Part shown: piece by piece, positions 58,879 through 64,000 of the stretch
Position numbering within the stretch: position 1 is the first letter of the stretch
How the letters are laid out: every line of letters begins with the position of its first letter
DNA from: a virus
Lineage: Duplodnaviria; Caudoviricetes
Length of the DNA stretch: 64,000 bases
IMG/VR virus record: IMGVR_UViG_3300013426_000001
Location: 64,001-128,000 of that record
Reading direction: 5' to 3' (one strand)
The notes under the pieces: model-generated
Database searches by the model: none
The model's input: only the letters and a program-made list of their open reading frames with translations
What the model was told of the DNA's origin: nothing
Position numbers and translations under genes: made by a program

Positions 58879-59838
58879 TTAACCGTTCTTTTTCCATTTT
58901 ATTAAAAGTCTTTTGTATTTGTATTCACCATGGAGGAGAGGCTTGAATAGGTCATATTCAGAATCGCTTCCATTGTTGGCCTCGCCAACAATGGTGAATT
59001 GATTGGGATTGAGTTTATCCAATCCGCTTATGGGGACCGCCATCAAACCATCAAACCCTAGTGGTATGTTTGCTGTTCGATCCACATGAATCGCATCGAA
59101 ATTATCGTATTTTGGATAAAATTGTTCATTCCCTTTATATGTTCTCCAAGCGCAAAACTCTTCGTAGTGGGTGGCGACATGAAGGTTGGTATACCAATTT
59201 ATATTCCCGAACTTTTTGTATTCGCCATTCGGTTGCAGAAATTTTCGAGGATGATTGTGCCCTTGCCACATTTTATCTTCTTTTATATAACGAAAACAAT
59301 TTTTATAGCAAATTGCGTTCATCGGTCCTATAATAAGAAATTGTTTTTTGTGTTCCATAATCACATCGACAAACTCATCTATGATCGAAAACGGGGGATT
59401 GGTTATAACGATATCACATTCGTCGAAGAATTTTGCGCATTCTTCACTTCTGAAATCGCCATCGTCTTCAAGCAATTCTCTTTTTGCTTTTGCGTAAGGC
59501 CAACACTTATCTTCCGATGTTATTAAATCGTCACGATCAATTGTAAGTTTAACTCCACGACTTCCTTCACGATAACAGGTGCATATAAGCTTCTTTAATT
59601 TATATTGTGTGAAACATTGTGCAAAAACGTACCAAAATTGACTGCCTTTATATTCAAGGCAACGATCTTCTGGAACGTTCCATAATTCGTCACCCGCATC
59701 GTCGCAAGGAAGATAAATTATTTTATCTTCAAATTGATCAGTGTAATATTGAACTTCTTGCAAGATATCAAATTGGCAAGTATAAAATTCGTTATCTTTG
59801 TTTCTTTTTGCTGTGTGTAAATTATTGTTTTTAGACAT
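58879..59838 (-). CDS. adenine-specific DNA methyltransferase, EcoRI-family
   Basis: NEFYT, YLPCDD, DGDFRSEEC, ITNPPFS, KYDNFDAI. Confidence 0.85.
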   Translation of the reverse strand: MSKNNNLHTAKRNKDNEFYTCQFDILQEVQYYTDQFEDKIIYLPCDDAGDELWNVPEDRCLEYKGSQFWYVFAQCFTQYKLKKLICTCYREGSRGVKLTIDRDDLITSEDKCWPYAKAKRELLEDDGDFRSEECAKFFDECDIVITNPPFSIIDEFVDVIMEHKKQFLIIGPMNAICYKNCFRYIKEDKMWQGHNHPRKFLQPNGEYKKFGNINWYTNLHVATHYEEFCAWRTYKGNEQFYPKYDNFDAIHVDRTANIPLGFDGLMAVPISGLDKLNPNQFTIVGEANNGSDSEYDLFKPLLHGEYKYKRLLIKWKKNG

Positions 59839-59854
59839 AATTAATTTCCTCCGA

Positions 59855-60055
59855 TTATTTATTGATTTTATAATTTTCATTCCAGCTTCCAGCCCTTGCG
59901 ATTGCTTCTTTCCACGTCGGCGACCAAAAGCAGTTTTCGGCCTGATGGTTTTTGAGCCACCAAGTCACGCTTTCGCCTTGCGGGATTGCTCCCGCATAAG
60001 CGATTTTGTTTCCGTTGTCGTCTTTTGTTTCATATGTTATAAAAAGTTTTGCCAT
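59855..60055 (-). CDS. hypothetical protein
   Basis: GGAGG SD after promoter. Confidence 0.65.
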   Translation of the reverse strand: MAKLFITYETKDDNGNKIAYAGAIPQGESVTWWLKNHQAENCFWSPTWKEAIARAGSWNENYKINK

Positions 60056-60072
60056 AATATTTTTACCTCCTA

Positions 60073-60101
60073 ATTATAGCTTATTTTTTCTTATTTGTCA
60101 A
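60073..60101 (-). promoter_or_regulatory. sigma-A promoter (- strand)
   Basis: reverse complement AAAACGC-TTGACA-17-TATAAT. Confidence 0.85.
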
Positions 60102-60182
60102 GCGTTTTTACGCGCTTTTTCCCTTTCGGGACGAGCGTAGTCGGGATTTTCCTTTCTACGCTCTTTGATTCTCTGTGCCGAC

Positions 60183-60362
60183 TTAATCCTTAATTACGCC
60201 GTAAATGTCGTCGACGTAATAGCCTGCAAATATGTTGTAAATCGCGGTGCATTTCTTACCGTTATATTCAACGATAATGTCGTTATCTCCGTTGTATTGG
60301 AGAATTGTTACTTCGGCAAATTTGCCGCCGAGTGAGTGAATGTGTGCTTGTACTTTGTTCAT
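60183..60362 (-). CDS. hypothetical protein
   Basis: GGAGG SD. Confidence 0.65.
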   Translation of the reverse strand: MNKVQAHIHSLGGKFAEVTILQYNGDNDIIVEYNGKKCTAIYNIFAGYYVDDIYGVIKD

Positions 60363-60869
60363 AATTGAGCCTCCTAAAATTTTATTGCGATTATTCAAGC
60401 GATATCGCGAAACGCCGTTTTTCATTCCTCGTCCTTTTCAGGCTTCGGTAATTGCTTGGGGTCGTGCGTCGAACCTTCGTTTTTGACTTTGAGCAGGTCT
60501 TTGTCTGCTTCCGTCATTTTGAGTTTTTCGACGCTCTTTTTCGTGTAATCTTTGAAGAAATTAGCCATTTTATACCTCCTTTGCTAACCTGTTCTTCACC
60601 GCTCTGTCGCGAATTTTTTCGAGTTCGATGCGGTCTCTGCTTGCCTTCACTTCTGATTTGAGTTCGTCGGTTAGTTCGACGTCAAAATCTTTGAGAAGTT
60701 TAAGCGTGTAAGTTTTGAGCATTTTCAATGTGATTTCCACTATTCGTCACCTCCTTTCGTCCAGAAGAACGATTTCTTTCCTTTGACGGCTCTTTCGTAA
60801 TCGATAAGAACCGTCGCCCCAACTATTGCCGTTGTCAAACAAACTACTGCGATAATTCCGAGTACCATC

Positions 60870-61310
60870 TTAATCACCTCCTTTAATGGCTTTCTTTAAC
60901 GCCTGCGCTTCATCTTCCAATCCATTCCTTTTGAGAACGCGATAAGCGCTCTCGTAATCGCCGAGTTCGACAAAAACGCTTGCGTCGTCTATCGCGAGTT
61001 CCTGTGAGTAGGCGACTACGCGTTTCGCTGCATTCGTGAGTAAACGCTGCACGACGCCTTTGCGGTCGTATTTGCGCGTTCGATGGATTTCGGTTACGAC
61101 TTTCGTCGTTTTGCGAAGTTCTTCTGCTTCGAGCATTGTTGCCTTTGCTCTGTGCAACTGCGCGAGATAGCATTTATCTTCAATGCAGAAACCCGCCTTC
61201 GGGCAGATTGAGCAACTGCGTTCGAAGCGGTAATCCGCTTCTTTGAGTGTTTTGGCTTCGTCTTGCAGTTCGACTGCGCGAGCCATTGAAAAGTGAAATT
61301 TGTTATTCAT
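60870..61310 (-). CDS. hypothetical protein with Cys cluster
   Basis: CSICP..C...C; AGGAG SD. Confidence 0.65.
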   Translation of the reverse strand: MNNKFHFSMARAVELQDEAKTLKEADYRFERSCSICPKAGFCIEDKCYLAQLHRAKATMLEAEELRKTTKVVTEIHRTRKYDRKGVVQRLLTNAAKRVVAYSQELAIDDASVFVELGDYESAYRVLKRNGLEDEAQALKKAIKGGD

Positions 61311-61312
61311 GG

Positions 61313-61522
61313 TTATTTAATCTCCTTTACGTTTGTCCAGTTGTACGTCGCTGCTTTGCCTGTGCGCTTCGTAACCTTCCCGCATAAGTTCATGCAGTAC
61401 TGATGTGCTTCATCTAAGCACTGCTGTTTGGTTTCGTGAAGAGAAGTCTCAAACTCCTCCTTCGAAATCGTTTTGTCGTCGATGATGACGTCAAAATTGA
61501 CTTTGTAAAATTTCTTAATCAT
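61313..61522 (-). CDS. hypothetical protein
   Basis: ATG at 61522 after AAGGAG. Confidence 0.65.
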   Translation of the reverse strand: MIKKFYKVNFDVIIDDKTISKEEFETSLHETKQQCLDEAHQYCMNLCGKVTKRTGKAATYNWTNVKEIK

Positions 61523-61591
61523 AGGATAACTCCTTTGCCGACAGCCGCTTCGAACGACCTGATTGTGTCGGCTTGAATACCGTTTCTCGAT

Positions 61592-61644
61592 ATCCCGACG
61601 CCCGAAGGCGTTTCGTCTTAATCTTCCAAGACTCATCAGGGGAT
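61592..61644 (-). ncRNA. type I hammerhead self-cleaving ribozyme
   Basis: minus strand AUCCC-CUGAUGA-GUCUU(loop)AAGAC-GAAA-CGCC(UUCG)GGCG-UC^GGGAU: full core, three stems, GUC site. Confidence 0.92.
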
Positions 61645-62060
61645 TATATGATCGGATCGCTTAATCGATTTGCAACCGATTGATAGACGGTAACGGGGTT
61701 CGGGTAATCTTCTTTTGCGCCCGTTTGCCTGAACTTATCGAGCTGTTCGAATAAGTAAGTCCAACCATGAGCGTAACGAATGCTTCGTATGACGTTTATC
61801 GTCTTAAAGCCTTTCGTACCACCGAACAACGCCAACCACTTTGGGTTTTCGCAACCGCTTCCATCGGGTTTGTCGACGCAAATCTCAGTTGCTTCTTCGC
61901 CTTCTGCGGAATTGATGTTGTCAAGGGTTAAACGAAGACCGAAGCCGTTTTTATAGAACTGAATGAAGAGTTCTTGGTCTTCATCCGTCTTGTACGCTTG
62001 GCGAACAGCGTTTATGAGCTGCTCTTTTGACTGTAATTGTGTAAGCTTGAGTAATAGAAT
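61644..62060 (-). CDS. hypothetical protein, probable ATT start
   Basis: frame of 61644-61835 stays open to ATT at 62060, 9 nt after GGAGG. Confidence 0.55.
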   Translation of the reverse strand: MLLLKLTQLQSKEQLINAVRQAYKTDEDQELFIQFYKNGFGLRLTLDNINSAEGEEATEICVDKPDGSGCENPKWLALFGGTKGFKTINVIRSIRYAHGWTYLFEQLDKFRQTGAKEDYPNPVTVYQSVANRLSDPII

Positions 62061-62175
62061 AAGCTTATACCTCCTTTATTTGCTCGTTAGCGGCGCTTCT
62101 GCTCACTCACCCAGAACAGACAGGGAATGGAAACATCCGCGTTGTTACGCAGTGCGGATGTAAGGCTGCGTCGAA

Positions 62176-62310
62176 CTATCTTTCAAGTTCGATTAAGCGG
62201 CGTTCAACCGCTTTTGCGACTTCCCAGTCGTGAGCTTTGCGTGCTCTTTCGAGCCACGTCGTGAGCTTTGACTTGTCAGCCGTTTGACGTATGTAATCAA
62301 ACACGTCCAT
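62176..62310 (-). CDS. small hypothetical protein
   Basis: ATG after AAGGAGG. Confidence 0.6.
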   Translation of the reverse strand: MDVFDYIRQTADKSKLTTWLERARKAHDWEVAKAVERRLIELER

Positions 62311-63256
62311 TTCGTTCACCTCCTTTGACTTAAAGCTCTTCCTGTTCGCATTCGAGCTGATATTGGTCATCAACTCCGATGCTGGAAAGGAATTCAGCAA
62401 CCATATCGGCTGCTTGCCTTGCCGTCTTTGCGCAAAAGATGCGAGAGAGGCGTACTTCATCGTTCGTGTCGAGTAACATGATCTTGAAAGTGTAACCTTT
62501 CAGCATTTTGGTACCTCCTTTTTTTGTGCTTTTAGCCAGCCAGCTGTTACGATTTACGAAAACGTAACTTGCCGAATGCTTGCTCGGGCTTGTGACCGAG
62601 CTGCCGCATTAACGCCTTTCGGCGCCACTCTGCGTAGTGTTTTTTACGTGGTTATCGCTTCCACGTCTTGTGTTAGTCTACTATCTCTATTTTGCCGTGT
62701 TTTTTCAAAAGTTCAACTTGTTTCATCATTTTTTCAAATGACGAATAAATGCAGAAATAATCATTTTTAGGATCGTCATGCATAATTTTGAGTTGGAAGT
62801 TATCTAAGCCTTTGTAAAATTTGAAACCTTTAATCATTTTAGGTTCCTCCGTTCTTTATTCCGTTAGCGGTGCTGTTGCTCACTCACGAAGAGCAACCAT
62901 CGAAGCAGTTTTACATCTTACTTGGGATGTAATAATGTATTTCGCTTATAAAATAAGGTAATTTACATTATCTTAATTCACTTTTATTACTATATATAGT
63001 ATATGTTATCCCTTTTCACACTCAACTCAGAATTCCTCCCCCACTAATTAAAGACGCCCAACTCAAAACACCATCCCCTCCTCAAATTCCAACCCGCGTA
63101 ACCACCCATTCCCATTTTTTGAACCCCAATTCTCAATCCACCTCAACCCTCCAAACGTCTGGACAATTTCACATTTACATTCACCCACCTAAAACCTTTA
63201 CCCTTTTGCCCCCTCTTAAAAAAAAATAAAAAAAATCAAAAATCCCCCCAAATCGC

Positions 63257-63285
63257 TTGACAAATCCCCTTCCCTGTGTTATACT
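63257..63285 (+). promoter_or_regulatory. sigma-A promoter
   Basis: TTGACA-17-TATACT. Confidence 0.8.
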
Positions 63286-63307
63286 ATACTCAAACAAGGA
63301 GGCAATT

Positions 63308-64000
63308 ATGAACTTAATCAGTTTGTTCAGCGGTTGCGGCGGTTTGGATTTAGGCTTTGAAAAGGCAGGCTTTAATGTTGCCGTAGCAAACGAATTTGAT
63401 CCTACGATTTGGGCAACTTTCAAGGCTAATCATCCCAATACTAAGTTAATAGAAGGCGATATCCGCAAAATTAAAGATACAGATTTTCCCGACGATATTG
63501 ACGGAATAATCGGCGGTCCGCCTTGTCAATCTTGGTCAGAAGCAGGTGCGCAACGCGGAATCGACGATTTGCGTGGTCAACTTTTTTATGAATACATAAG
63601 GATATTAAAAAGCAAACAACCGAAATTTTTCCTTGCAGAGAACGTAAGCGGTATGTTGCTTGGCAGGCATTCTGAGGCTGTTAAAAATATCATTGAAATG
63701 TTCAAAGAATGCGGCTATAACGTAACTGTAACATTAGTAAATGCAAAAGACTATGGGGTACCACAGGAGCGTAAGCGTGTTTTTTACATTGGCTTTAGAA
63801 ACGATTTGAATATTGATTTCAAATTTCCTCAAGGTTCAACAAAAGACAATAATAAAAAAATAACGCTTCGCGATACAATTTGGGATTTGCAATTTACAGC
63901 AGTTCCTGCTGGTGATAAAAATTATCATAACCCTAACGCAGTTAATAATAACGAATATTTCACGGGTGCATTTTCGCCTATATTTATGAGCCGTAACAGA
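63308..64000 (+). CDS. C5 cytosine DNA methyltransferase, M.HaeIII-like (runs off window)
   Basis: translated by hand: [45 protein letters not shown]. Confidence 0.92.
   Translation, partial: MNLISLFSGCGGLDLGFEKAGFNVAVANEFDPTIWATFKANHPNTKLIEGDIRKIKDTDFPDDIDGIIGGPPCQSWSEAGAQRGIDDLRGQLFYEYIRILKSKQPKFFLAENVSGMLLGRHSEAVKNIIEMFKECGYNVTVTLVNAKDYGVPQERKRVFYIGFRNDLNIDFKFPQGSTKDNNKKITLRDTIWDLQFTAVPAGDKNYHNPNAVNNNEYFTGAFSPIFMSRNR

Noticed and set aside
58879-59838. GAATTC (true EcoRI) specificity
   Set aside because: Family resemblance only; the partner is DUF262-HNH rather than an EcoRI endonuclease, so specificity cannot be assigned.
1-64000. Stop-codon reassignment
   Set aside because: Long genes are intact in code 11, there is no suppressor anticodon, and only one in-frame stop split (23280) was seen.

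Overview
A 64-kb segment of a large AT-rich tailed-phage genome, probably from a Firmicutes/Clostridia-type host (sigma-A promoters, GGAGG Shine-Dalgarno sites, SPbeta-like replication set). No virion structural genes are present. Positions 1-49.7 kb are almost all + strand and carry small accessory genes plus replication/recombination genes: DnaE, a Cas4-like nuclease, RuvC, SSB, ERF, DnaB, RecD2 and an SF2 helicase. This arm also holds a Met-rich/vWA/divergent PurA operon, two intact tnpB genes and one truncated copy without tnpA, and a 3-kb RNA locus (31.1-34.1 kb). The RNA locus contains a large ORF-free structured region, four tRNAs (two with odd elbows, one Thr tRNA with a long variable arm), a 164-nt giant tRNA-like RNA and a duplicated CCA-ending RNA motif. 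Positions 50.4-62.9 kb are a - strand early-type cluster of small acidic proteins with an MTase/DUF262-HNH pair, a hammerhead ribozyme and repeated leader structures. A HaeIII-like C5 MTase starts at the right edge. Four sequence-level patterns stand out: (i) about 14 dispersed ATAAAA-N6-TTTTAT palindromes at gene-module junctions, two of which coincide with the apparent ends of tnpB elements; (ii) 20 CCGCCGCC octamers confined to 43.5-50.0 kb; (iii) fused terminator/promoter modules; (iv) SD-in-loop, AUG-in-stem translation hairpins. All family calls come from motif recognition by eye; no database searches were run.
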